Of a stretch of 49,773 nucleotides of DNA, positions 18,651 to 27,668 are shown one piece after another. Each line of letters starts with the position of its first letter. Within the stretch, counting starts at the first letter, position 1. A program made the translations under genes and the position numbers. The notes under the pieces were generated by a model that had not been told where the DNA came from, searched no databases, and saw nothing but the letters and a program-made list of their open reading frames with translations. Origin of the DNA: Candidatus Magasanikiibacteriota bacterium (GTDB lineage Bacteria; Patescibacteriota; Patescibacteriia; Magasanikbacterales; GWA2-37-8); contig JBKJTY010000021.1 of the NCBI GenBank assembly GCA_046590235.1, positions 1 to 49,773 of the forward strand, read 5' to 3'.

Positions 18651-19223
18651 ATGGCAGTTACAACCAGTGATATTCGAAAAGGAGCAGTCATTCGCCACAA
18701 CGGCAACTTGTACGTTGTGGTAGATTTTCAGCATGTTAACCCAGGCAAAGGCGCTGCTTTTACCCGTACTCGCATGAAGGAACTCAGTACCGGCAAGGTG
18801 ATTGAAATTACCTACAAATCCGGTGAAGCAATTGATATTGTTAGTGTTGATTTCCGCACTATGCAGTATCTCTACAAGACAGGCGATAACTATGCCTTCA
18901 TGAATACCTCTACTTTTGAGCAGGTAGAAATGAATGGTGAACTCGTTACTGATGAAGCTAAATATTTAAAAGAAGGTTTGGAAGTTATTCTCGGCCTCTT
19001 TGAAGAGCAGCCAGTTTGTATCCAGCTACCAAAGAAAATTCAATATAAAGTTGTCGAAGCACCTCCTGCAGTTCGCGGCGACAGTGCTGGTGGTAATGTT
19101 ACTAAGGAAATCGTCCTTGATAACGGCCTCCACGTACATGCTCCTATTTTCATTAAAGAAGGCGAAGAAGTCCTCGTTAACACAGAGACAGGCGAATATT
19201 CCGCTCGCGCTGGTAAAGAATAA
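18651..19223 (+). CDS. efp: Elongation factor P
   Basis: HVNPGKGAAFTR with the modified-Lys position; PIFIKEGE, NTETGEYSAR. Confidence 0.97.
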   Translation: MAVTTSDIRKGAVIRHNGNLYVVVDFQHVNPGKGAAFTRTRMKELSTGKVIEITYKSGEAIDIVSVDFRTMQYLYKTGDNYAFMNTSTFEQVEMNGELVTDEAKYLKEGLEVILGLFEEQPVCIQLPKKIQYKVVEAPPAVRGDSAGGNVTKEIVLDNGLHVHAPIFIKEGEEVLVNTETGEYSARAGKE

Positions 19224-19236
19224 AATTGAGGCAATT

Positions 19237-19265
19237 AAAAAACTCCCCACTCGGGGAGTTTTTTT
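19237..19265. terminator. Bidirectional terminator
   Basis: aaaaaactcccc-actc-ggggagtttttt. Confidence 0.78.
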
Positions 19266-19365
19266 ATAGCGCGCCAGAATTGGCTTCAACGTCGAAACCT
19301 TCAAGTTCAAAGGTTTCTTCTTTTTCAGCCTCTACCTCTTCACGCTTAGGGGTTTTGTATGGCAT
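19264..19365 (-). CDS. Possible 33-aa acidic peptide
   Basis: MPYKTPKREEVEAEKEETFELEGFDVEANSGAL* fills the gap up to the terminator. Confidence 0.35.
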   Translation of the reverse strand: MPYKTPKREEVEAEKEETFELEGFDVEANSGAL

Positions 19366-19418
19366 ACGTACAAAGATTGTAAGGAATCAGTGGTGGCACC
19401 GACCCTCGTATAGGTACG

Positions 19419-19739
19419 CTACAGAGATGTTCTGAGGCTGTCAATAGTAGATGCTGGAATAGCAATAAGTCCGCTATAAAGTAGGGCGGCAATTTGTAAT
19501 AGAAGAATTACTATAATAATAAGAAGAAAAGAAGCTTTACGGCTTTTATGTCTGAAAAAATGAATGGCTAATAGTGCGCCAATTGTGCCACCAAGTAGGG
19601 AAAACAAATACAAGGTCCGTTCACGGACGCGCCAAGCCCCACTGGTGGAAGAAATCTTATCTACGCCAAAAATTATTAAGGTAACCAGGTTGATAACCCC
19701 AAAGTATATAAGCAGACCAATTTGGAAGGTGGTGAGCAT
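19419..19739 (-). CDS. DUF1294 family membrane protein
   Basis: FGVDK...AWRVRERTL...LLGGTIGALLA..FFRHKSRK signature. Confidence 0.88.
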   Translation of the reverse strand: MLTTFQIGLLIYFGVINLVTLIIFGVDKISSTSGAWRVRERTLYLFSLLGGTIGALLAIHFFRHKSRKASFLLIIIVILLLQIAALLYSGLIAIPASTIDSLRTSL

Positions 19740-19744
19740 GCTAA

Positions 19745-20329
19745 TTAGCGAGCTGCTTCGGACAAATTCAAAAGTAGTTGGGCGTTAGGCCAAACAAAGC
19801 AGTCGCGACACATTGGGCGGTAGCTATAGGTGCCGTCGTCTGGGATTACCGGAGGCATACCATCAGTAAGCGGGGCAGCATCTTTATAAACCTGCGTATA
19901 GGTAGCATCAAATTTTTTACAACTTTCACAAGCTGCGCGCTTATAGCGCACTTCACGTGGTCCGAGCTCTAAAAGTCGAGTAATAGATGAGAAAAGTTTC
20001 CCACGGTAGTCTGTATCAAGGCCGGAAATAATTACTTTGGTGCCTCGTTTTAGTAGTTCAGCGATAACATCCATATCTTCATCAGAAAACATATGAATTT
20101 CATCAATGCCAATGATTGTATGGTCTTTGTAGAGCAAATCACGGAGTGTTTGGATCTTCTGCGCTTCAAGGTTCACCCCATTACGTGATTGAATATGATT
20201 ATCTCGTACGTTTCGGCTTGACTGGTAGAGGCCAAACGAGGTGTTAGTGTAGCGGAGTGGAGCAAAGTAATTGATGAGTTCGAATGACTTGCCACTTTTC
20301 ATCGGGCCGAGAATAAGAATGAGTTCCAT
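19745..20329 (-). CDS. tdk: Thymidine kinase
   Basis: GPMKSGKS P-loop, IGIDEIHMF, SGLDTDYRGKLF, CESC...Y.PMCRDC Zn site. Confidence 0.93.
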   Translation of the reverse strand: MELILILGPMKSGKSFELINYFAPLRYTNTSFGLYQSSRNVRDNHIQSRNGVNLEAQKIQTLRDLLYKDHTIIGIDEIHMFSDEDMDVIAELLKRGTKVIISGLDTDYRGKLFSSITRLLELGPREVRYKRAACESCKKFDATYTQVYKDAAPLTDGMPPVIPDDGTYSYRPMCRDCFVWPNAQLLLNLSEAAR

Positions 20330-20541
20330 AAGAAAAATAATTACAATATCTCCTCGAATACGAACCCCATCATACCACAGTGTCTCTCGAATTCCTAGCT
20401 CATAAAAATGTGTATAATTTTATCTTCATTTCTAGCAATAAACACTCAAATTTTAGGGTAACAAAAAAAGACCAAAGGTCTTTGTTAAAAAATAAAGGTG
20501 GTGTCCTGGGCGGGTTGAGGCGCTCCAAGACACCGGTCGAG

Positions 20542-20919
20542 CTATTTGCCAAGGCGTTCTCCTAAGAAATCAGGTAGATTTCCTTTATCGGGGTTTGCGT
20601 AGTGCGCTCCAGCGGCTTTGAGCAGCTGCTGGTGGTTTGAGTTGGCTGAGTTGGCAATAATGAGCTTTACACCAAGAGCAACTGCCAGCTCAACCGCTGT
20701 TATAGTATGCGGAAGGGCTAGGTTAGGCTCTTTCAGGTCGGCATCGACAACAAGTGCGTCGATAGCGCTCTGGTGAACATTGATCAAGTTGAGCGCTGGG
20801 GCCAGTTTACGTGCCGTTAGAACACGAATACCAGAATCGGTAAGTACTTCTTGATAGACGTCGCAGATCGATTCGTCGTCCTCGATAATTAGGACTAGTG
20901 GTTGGTGATCCGTGCACAT
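20542..20919 (-). CDS. Stand-alone response regulator receiver (CheY-like)
   Basis: VLIIEDD, phospho-acceptor-like VVD, IIANSAN, AAGA....K. Confidence 0.75.
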   Translation of the reverse strand: MCTDHQPLVLIIEDDESICDVYQEVLTDSGIRVLTARKLAPALNLINVHQSAIDALVVDADLKEPNLALPHTITAVELAVALGVKLIIANSANSNHQQLLKAAGAHYANPDKGNLPDFLGERLGK

Positions 20920-21111
20920 GTTGTAATCCTTCGGTTATGTGGTTGGATGTGTTCGTTCGCCATCTCCTTGGTAAGTTATGGTTAAAAAAGAACAAAATAA
21001 ATAGCTCTATAGTTACTATAGCAGATTAAAACATTAAACAAAAATGTGATTATGTGGATAATAAGTGCATACGTTGTACACCTCCTACTCTCATGCTATA
21101 GTACGATTTCT

Positions 21112-21546
21112 ATGAAGAAAAAATTTGCTATTACAATCATGAGGCCAAGCGGGAGTGCTATGGAATTGCCAATGCTGTTATCGAGATTATCAGCTGGTTT
21201 TCCGTCCCCAGCTGATGATTATATTGAAGAAAAGATTGATCTCAATAAATTGCTCGTAAAAAATAAACCCGCCACCTATCTCGTCCGGGTGAGTGGGGAT
21301 TCTATGATCGGGGCAGCGATTTGTGATGGTGATATTCTAATTGTAGACGCATCGCTTCGCCCACGACATAATCAAATCGTAGTCGCCTGCGTTGATGGAG
21401 AATTTTTGGTGAAACGTTGGTGTAAAGAAAAAAATGGCACATTCCTAAAATCTGAAAACCCGGTGTATGCGCCGCTTCGCATCAATCCAGAAGATGACTT
21501 TAGTATTTTTGGTTTGGTAACGGGAGTTGTCCGTCAAGTAAGGTGA
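21112..21546 (+). CDS. umuD: DNA polymerase V autoproteolytic subunit UmuD (S24)
   Basis: SAGFPSPADDY cleavage site, VSGDSM catalytic Ser, LVKR catalytic Lys. Exact start uncertain. Confidence 0.93.
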   Translation: MKKKFAITIMRPSGSAMELPMLLSRLSAGFPSPADDYIEEKIDLNKLLVKNKPATYLVRVSGDSMIGAAICDGDILIVDASLRPRHNQIVVACVDGEFLVKRWCKEKNGTFLKSENPVYAPLRINPEDDFSIFGLVTGVVRQVR

Positions 21547-21549
21547 TAT

Positions 21550-22809
21550 ATGAGCAAAATCTACGCTCTCATGGATTGCAACAATTTTTTTGTCTCGTGC
21601 GAACGAGTATTCCAGCCGGCACTTGAAAAAGTTCCGGTGGTTGTGTTATCGAGCAATGACGGGTGTGTTATTTCTCGTTCACAGGAAGCAAAAGATTTAG
21701 GTGTGCCTATGGGCATCCCATATTTTAAATGGAAAGATCTATTGGAAAAAGATAAGGTAAAAGTTTTTTCATCAAACTTTGAACTGTACGGGGATATCTC
21801 AGATCGTGTTATGCAAATACTTCATCACTTTAGTGATGAAGTTGAAGTGTATTCCATTGATGAAGCCTTTTTACAATTCGAAAAAAACGCGATTACGCTT
21901 GAAGAGTTGCAGCGCATGAGAAAAACCGTACGACAATGGACGAGAATACCAATTTCAATCGGGATCGGCCCAACTAAAGTATTAGCAAAACTCGCTAATC
22001 ATATTGCTAAAAAACAGAAGCAGCATAATGGTGTGTATGAAATAACACCCGACCGGATTGATGAACATTTAGAAAATGTATCGGTAGGCGAGGTTTGGGG
22101 AATTGGACGTGCATCTGCGTTTGCGCTACAGAAAGAAGGTATTAAAACCGCCCTACAATTTAAAAATGCACCTGACCACTGGATAAAAAAGAACTTCACT
22201 GTTCGAGGGTTGGCGTTGGCTACCGAATTACGTGGGCGGCCATGCTTTAGTTTTGATGATGCACCAACTCCTAAAAAAGGATTGGTTTGCTCCAAATCAT
22301 TTGGCCAAGCGGTAACAACGTTCGAAGAATTACGGGAAGCAATTGTAACGTACGCATCTCGAGCGGCAGAAAAATTACGAAATGAGAAAGAACGGGCTTC
22401 GTATATCTACATCTTCATTAGAAGTAGTCGGTTTAAGGAAGAGGGGAAATTTGCAAAAAGCCACGGCATAGAATTAGCAGAGGCAACATCATTTACACCA
22501 ACATTAGTAAAACAAGCAGTCGAATTATTAAAACAAGCTTACCAGCCAGGTGTCCGTTATACTAAAGCTGGTGTTGGTTTATCACACTTGTCTCCGGAAG
22601 GAACGGTGCAGCCAACTTTATTTAGTCCGGCACGGCAAACAACGAAAGAAAAAGAATTAATGATCATGCTCGACAAGCTCAATCAGCGACACGGCCAAGA
22701 CACAATCATGTTAGCGGGTTCTGGAATCAAGAAAAAATGGTTATCCAAAAGGCAGTTCCTTTCGCCGTCTTTTACCACATCCCTTGAGGATTTACCGAAA
22801 GCTTCATAG
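21550..22809 (+). CDS. umuC: Y-family DNA polymerase V subunit UmuC
   Basis: DCNNFFVSCERVF, VVVLSSNDGCVISRS, YSIDEAF, C-terminal W..KR..LSP.FTT. Confidence 0.95.
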   Translation: MSKIYALMDCNNFFVSCERVFQPALEKVPVVVLSSNDGCVISRSQEAKDLGVPMGIPYFKWKDLLEKDKVKVFSSNFELYGDISDRVMQILHHFSDEVEVYSIDEAFLQFEKNAITLEELQRMRKTVRQWTRIPISIGIGPTKVLAKLANHIAKKQKQHNGVYEITPDRIDEHLENVSVGEVWGIGRASAFALQKEGIKTALQFKNAPDHWIKKNFTVRGLALATELRGRPCFSFDDAPTPKKGLVCSKSFGQAVTTFEELREAIVTYASRAAEKLRNEKERASYIYIFIRSSRFKEEGKFAKSHGIELAEATSFTPTLVKQAVELLKQAYQPGVRYTKAGVGLSHLSPEGTVQPTLFSPARQTTKEKELMIMLDKLNQRHGQDTIMLAGSGIKKKWLSKRQFLSPSFTTSLEDLPKAS

Positions 22810-22844
22810 TTTTAAGAATCCTTACTAACGTACGTGCATTTTTT

Positions 22845-25304
22845 TCATAAACGAGCCATCTTATCAAGAGCGATTTTCAAGTCTGCCTTAAATTTAAATA
22901 AGTCTTGCCATAGGTCACCCATCTTTTCAAGACGTTTAAATATGGTTTGTATGGTAAATTTGCTTGGACTAAGTCCTAATTTTACTTCTTTCCACAGAAG
23001 AGGTGTGGATACAGTCGCATCGGGCACCGGACGTAAGCAGTAGGGGGCAGCCATGGTTTGCCCACGACGGTTTTGTAGGAAATCTAAGTACACTTTATCC
23101 AGGCGTTTCGCGGGGCTTCGTTCAAGACTGGTAGTATCGGGAAGCTCTTTGTGTACAAAACGCATCAAAAGCTCTGCAAAACTTTTTACTTGTTCGTGCG
23201 TATAACGCTGCTCAATAGGTATATAAATATGTAAGCCTGTTTTGCCTGAGGTTTTACAGAAAGACGGAACTTTAATAGCGTCGAGGAGTTGCTTACTTAC
23301 TAATGCGGCCTTAACTACTTCATCAAAAGAAATGTCACCAGGATCAAGATCGATAACTAAATAATCCGGGTAATCAAGTAATGGAACGCGCGCATTCCAA
23401 ACATTAATTTCTATACAGCCAAGGTTAACCAGATAAAGAAGGCTTGGTAAGTCGTTGCAGATACTATAATTAATAACTCGTTCTTCGCTGTCTGATTCAA
23501 CTGGTACGCGAGGGATCCAGCTCGGCATATCGTCAGTAGTATTTTTTTGAAAAAAACTTTCTTCGTGAATTCCGTGGGGGTGACGATGAAGAGATTGTGG
23601 GCGATCTTTTAAATAGGGAAGTATATATGGTGCGATCAACCGATAATAATCAAGCAAGTCTTGTTTGGTATAACTGTGCTCCGGCCAGAGCACCTTACTC
23701 ATATTAGTAATGGTTAAGCGTCGTTTATTTACGTTAATATTTTTTTTCTCATCTAGAGTAGTTTTAAAAACTGTTTCCGGCTGTTCCGCTTTTTCATGGC
23801 GAACGGTTTTGGGCGGGCGATCATCGCGTAGTCCTAAAAAGATTGGTTGACGCATACTTCCATCATTGGTCCACTCAGAAAATTGTACATCGCAAACGTA
23901 GTGCGGTTCTACCCAGTGAACAGGCGCATTCGGGATAGGTTTGCTTTTAAAGGGGGAGGATGTTTGCTCAAATGGTTCGAGCATCTTCCGCAGTGACTTA
24001 AGTTCGGCGTCATCAATGCCGCCACCCGTATGCCCGATATAGATAAAGTCATTCCCTTCGTATACTCCTAAAAGAAGTGCTCCTAGTGCTTTTCGACTTC
24101 CGCGCGGTTCGGTAAAACCACCAATAACAGCTTCTTGCCGACGAAGATGTTTTATCTTCAGCCAATCTTTAGAACGCACGCCGGGTTGGTAGGGACTATT
24201 CTGTTTTTTAGCAATAACACCTTCAGCCCCTTCGAGAATGGCGGCATCAAAAAAGGCAATTCCTTGTTCCCGTATATAGTCACTGATTTGAACGTGTTCT
24301 AATTTTGGAAGTGTGGCCGATAAAAGCTTCCTTCGTTCAAGCAGGGGCAGTTTAGTAAGATCTCGGCCATCCAAAGCCAGCAAATCAAAAATAAAATAGC
24401 GTAATGACCCTATAGGTTTTTCATTATAATGTTGTAGCAACTGAAAGCGCGATCGTCCTGCTGCATCGAGGACAACAATCTCCCCATCAATAATGATAGA
24501 TTGTTTTATTTTACTCAAATCCACCACAATGTTCGGATACGAATCGACAAAGGATGTCTGCTTACGAGAGTAGAGCGCGATTCCGTCCGAAGTGACTTCA
24601 GCTATAGCTCGGTACCCATCCAACTTTAGTTCAAATAACCACTCAGGATGATCAAATGGTTTATTAATCGCTGTGGCGAGCATCGGGGACATACCTTCCC
24701 CTTTGAAAGTCTTCGGCTTTGATTCCCGTATAGGATCATCTGAAGTAAGATCGTTTAAATGGCGACCGCTACGAACAGAAGTATCAAAGCGGGAAACTGG
24801 TTTAGCAGATGCATAATCATCAGATTGTTTAATGAGTAGCCAGCTATTTTTCTCATCAATCTTAACTAAAGAAAAGAGCCCTTTAAGGCGTGTCCCAGAT
24901 AAAACAAAAGAAAGATGGCCCTTTGCTAAACCTTTTCGCATATGTTTAGCGCTCAGGGCTGGATCACTTGTTTCGGGTGAAGAGTACGCCCCTTCATCCC
25001 AGATAATAACTTCACCAGCTCCGTAATTCCCCTTGGGAATAATCCCTTCAAAATTGCGGTATTCCAAAGGATGGTCCTCAACCATCATCGCGAGACGTTT
25101 ATCTTCGGGGTTCATGGACGGTCCTTTGGGGGTTGCCCAGCTTTTCAAAACACCATCCAGTTCAAGACGAAAATCAAAGTGAAGATGGGAGGCGCGGTGC
25201 TTTTGTACTACAAAATGCAAAACCGGAGAGGTTTTTTTAGTTGTACCGACTGGTTCAGGGGTACGTCTAAAATTTCGTTTAGTACGATAATCCTTGAGAG
25301 GCAT
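22845..25304 (-). CDS. ligD: Multifunctional DNA ligase D (phosphoesterase-ligase-polymerase)
   Basis: PE domain (QKHRASHLHFDFRLE, SWATPKGPS); ligase (ELKLDGYR, EGVIAK, WLKIK); PolDom (DLDP, KTSGKTGLHI, DFLQN). Confidence 0.96.
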   Translation of the reverse strand: MPLKDYRTKRNFRRTPEPVGTTKKTSPVLHFVVQKHRASHLHFDFRLELDGVLKSWATPKGPSMNPEDKRLAMMVEDHPLEYRNFEGIIPKGNYGAGEVIIWDEGAYSSPETSDPALSAKHMRKGLAKGHLSFVLSGTRLKGLFSLVKIDEKNSWLLIKQSDDYASAKPVSRFDTSVRSGRHLNDLTSDDPIRESKPKTFKGEGMSPMLATAINKPFDHPEWLFELKLDGYRAIAEVTSDGIALYSRKQTSFVDSYPNIVVDLSKIKQSIIIDGEIVVLDAAGRSRFQLLQHYNEKPIGSLRYFIFDLLALDGRDLTKLPLLERRKLLSATLPKLEHVQISDYIREQGIAFFDAAILEGAEGVIAKKQNSPYQPGVRSKDWLKIKHLRRQEAVIGGFTEPRGSRKALGALLLGVYEGNDFIYIGHTGGGIDDAELKSLRKMLEPFEQTSSPFKSKPIPNAPVHWVEPHYVCDVQFSEWTNDGSMRQPIFLGLRDDRPPKTVRHEKAEQPETVFKTTLDEKKNINVNKRRLTITNMSKVLWPEHSYTKQDLLDYYRLIAPYILPYLKDRPQSLHRHPHGIHEESFFQKNTTDDMPSWIPRVPVESDSEERVINYSICNDLPSLLYLVNLGCIEINVWNARVPLLDYPDYLVIDLDPGDISFDEVVKAALVSKQLLDAIKVPSFCKTSGKTGLHIYIPIEQRYTHEQVKSFAELLMRFVHKELPDTTSLERSPAKRLDKVYLDFLQNRRGQTMAAPYCLRPVPDATVSTPLLWKEVKLGLSPSKFTIQTIFKRLEKMGDLWQDLFKFKADLKIALDKMARL

Positions 25305-25306
25305 AC

Positions 25307-26116
25307 TTAACGAGTTTTATGATGTTTCTTTGATGATTTTGTCTTCTTGCCTTGTTCAGCTTCCAAGCTGCGGCGCAAGGTGGCCATAAGATCTCTAACG
25401 TGAATCGGTTCTGGTGCAGTGCCATGTGCTTTTGGTGTGCGACCTTTGGCTTTGGCTTCAATTATTTTTTTCAGCTGGTCCGTGTACGTATCGCTGTAAT
25501 TGTCAGGTTTAAAGGAAGTGGAAAGTTGATCGATAAGCTGAAGAGCCAGATCAATTTCTTTTTTTTGAGATGCTGATTTAGCGGCTGTCTGCAATCCTTC
25601 CGGCTTACGTATCTCTTCTGCAAAATGCATTTGTTCCAGAACGATCAAATCACCATGTGGTCGAATAATGCCTAAGTGTTCTTTGCTACGTAAAACGTAC
25701 TTTGCTACACCAACTTTTTTAGATTTTTTTAAAGCATCGAGCAGTAAGGTGTAGGGCTTTTGTGTTTTTCTATCCGGCTCGAGGTAGTAGGGCTTTTCAA
25801 AAAAAATAGGATCAATTTCTTTTTCATCAGTAAACTGAATAATTTCAATCGTGCTATTTTCTGTTACATTAGCCTTCTTAAAATCTTCATCAGTCATCAC
25901 TACATAATCTCCATCGTGATATTCATAACCCTTCACAATATCTTCATAAGCCACTTCACTACCTTCGGCGCGACAAACTTTGGCAAAACGGATAGGCGAA
26001 AGATCCTTCTTATGCAATAAGTGGAAAGATAATTCTTTTGGTTGTAGGGCGCTGTATAGTCGTATAGGTATAGTCACCAACCCAAAACTCAGCGTTCCGG
26101 ACCAGATTGCTCGCAT
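25307..26116 (-). CDS. ku: Non-homologous end-joining protein Ku
   Basis: MRAIWSGTLSFGLVTIPIRLY, IVKGYEY, PYYLEPD, DLMATLRRSL, basic tail. Confidence 0.96.
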   Translation of the reverse strand: MRAIWSGTLSFGLVTIPIRLYSALQPKELSFHLLHKKDLSPIRFAKVCRAEGSEVAYEDIVKGYEYHDGDYVVMTDEDFKKANVTENSTIEIIQFTDEKEIDPIFFEKPYYLEPDRKTQKPYTLLLDALKKSKKVGVAKYVLRSKEHLGIIRPHGDLIVLEQMHFAEEIRKPEGLQTAAKSASQKKEIDLALQLIDQLSTSFKPDNYSDTYTDQLKKIIEAKAKGRTPKAHGTAPEPIHVRDLMATLRRSLEAEQGKKTKSSKKHHKTR

Positions 26117-26159
26117 ATGCTTTGAAAAATAAATGCAGCCTCGCGGCTGCATTAGTATG

Positions 26160-26261
26160 TTATGGTTCTAGCTGTTCTTCCTGGTTTGAGTCTGTCTTCT
26201 CTCTACGTTTCTGTTCTTCCTGTTCCTGATTCTGGTTTTGCTTTTTTTCATCTGCAAACAT
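26160..26261 (-). CDS. Possible 33-aa Q/E-rich peptide upstream of ku
   Basis: MFADEKKQNQNQEQEEQKRREKTDSNQEEQLEP*; internal repeat caggaagaacag x2. Confidence 0.4.
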   Translation of the reverse strand: MFADEKKQNQNQEQEEQKRREKTDSNQEEQLEP

Positions 26262-26358
26262 AGGATTAGTACTTATGGCGTATGCAACTACGCTCACAGT
26301 ATCAGACGTATGAGTTACCAAGGTATTGCAATGGTTGTTTCTAGGCTAAGTAAAACAT

Positions 26359-27519
26359 TTAAGTATGAATATCTTTTGAAGTATCTGTTTGTAAACTGCA
26401 GTAAAAGGCTGCTAAGAAAGTGGTGAGCGGAACAGCAATTACTAAAACCGAACTACCAACTAATGTGCGGACAATTTCTTCACCGATAAAATTACCGTTA
26501 AGTGTTACCCAGAGAGGCAGTGATTTTTGTGTAGTGTAAAGCAGAAGTAAAGGGAAAGAAGCGCCAGCGTAGGCTAAAACAAGCGTGTTAATTAGCGAAG
26601 CGATATGTTCGCGCCCAATGGAGATACCACGACGATAAAGCTCTTTGTAGTTGAGTGATGGATTGGCATGGTGAATTTCCTCGATTGCGGCTGATTGGCT
26701 CGTAGTAACATCATCAAGAACACCGAGCACACCTATAATAATACCGGCCAGTAAAAGACCCTGGAGATTAATAGAGGTGCTTCCGAACTGGAGAAAGAAG
26801 GCTTCTTCCGTGCCGTTGCCGGCTAATTTTGCAAAATGTACAAAAGCCCAATCGATACCAACCGCTAAGCATAAAGCGCCTATTGTGCTGACCAAAGCGA
26901 TGGTGGTTCGACGATTAAAACCGTGTGAAAGATAGAGTGATACAAAAAGAATCGCAAAAGAACCGATGATCGCGTACAGGAACGGATCTCCACCTCTGAC
27001 GATATTTGGAATAACAAAGTAAAAAATAATAAGAATACTAAACAGCAAACCTATAATGGAAGTAAGTCCGCGTTTTCGGCCAAAATACAAGGCTAGCACA
27101 AAAAATATCGCAACTAATATGAGAATATTATTAATGCGGTATTTATCAACAATATAATAGTAATCCTGTTTAGCTCCCATACCAGTGTCGGTAGGTTTCA
27201 CAACAACCACTGTTTCGCCCACTGATACTTTTTGAAAAGATTGAATAGCAAAAGAACCACCATGATCAATTATGATACGCTTACCAACTTCATTTCCATT
27301 CTTAATTTCTAATTCTAGCTTTTGATGGTCCTGCATGACGCCATCAACATTTTTTTGCCCTTCTTCCAAAATAGAAATCACTTTTGCTTTATAAAACGTG
27401 TCTAGTGTTTCCGTATAGGCAGGTGTTTCATCGCTAGATTCAGCTGTTTGGGCAAAAGCTAACGAAGGCGTAGCGAGTGAGAGTGCCAAGCTTAAGATGA
27501 TGAAAATTTTTTTAAACAT
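26359..27519 (-). CDS. YibE/F family membrane protein
   Basis: GIIIGVLGVLDDVTTSQ, GREHIASLINTLVLAYAGAS, EEIVRTLVGS. Confidence 0.92.
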   Translation of the reverse strand: MFKKIFIILSLALSLATPSLAFAQTAESSDETPAYTETLDTFYKAKVISILEEGQKNVDGVMQDHQKLELEIKNGNEVGKRIIIDHGGSFAIQSFQKVSVGETVVVVKPTDTGMGAKQDYYYIVDKYRINNILILVAIFFVLALYFGRKRGLTSIIGLLFSILIIFYFVIPNIVRGGDPFLYAIIGSFAILFVSLYLSHGFNRRTTIALVSTIGALCLAVGIDWAFVHFAKLAGNGTEEAFFLQFGSTSINLQGLLLAGIIIGVLGVLDDVTTSQSAAIEEIHHANPSLNYKELYRRGISIGREHIASLINTLVLAYAGASFPLLLLYTTQKSLPLWVTLNGNFIGEEIVRTLVGSSVLVIAVPLTTFLAAFYCSLQTDTSKDIHT

Positions 27520-27603
27520 AAGTGATATAAAAAGTAGTGTAATTGTAGAGGATTATCATAGTTATGTCTACTTATGTTTTGCCACCAAGTGTCAGCTTGC
27601 CGC

Positions 27604-27655
27604 TTGACATAAGGGTTGTAAGGCAGTAGTATAGTATAAATGCAACACAGTTGCA
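27604..27655 (+). promoter_or_regulatory. zur-znuACB promoter with putative Zur/Fur operator
   Basis: TTGACA-17 bp-TAGTAT (27604-27632), then the palindrome TGCAAC-ACA-GTTGCA (27641-27655). Confidence 0.7.
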
Positions 27656-27668
27656 CTATGTTATTACT

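Noticed and set aside
21544-21546. Alternative genetic code (UGA=Gly, code 25)
   Set aside because: TGA ends umuD exactly before umuC, conserved genes are full-length under code 11, and the tRNA-Gly anticodons seen are GCC and TCC.
26282-26298. Third Zur box (atgcaactacgctcaca)
   Set aside because: Only the left half-site matches; there is no palindrome.
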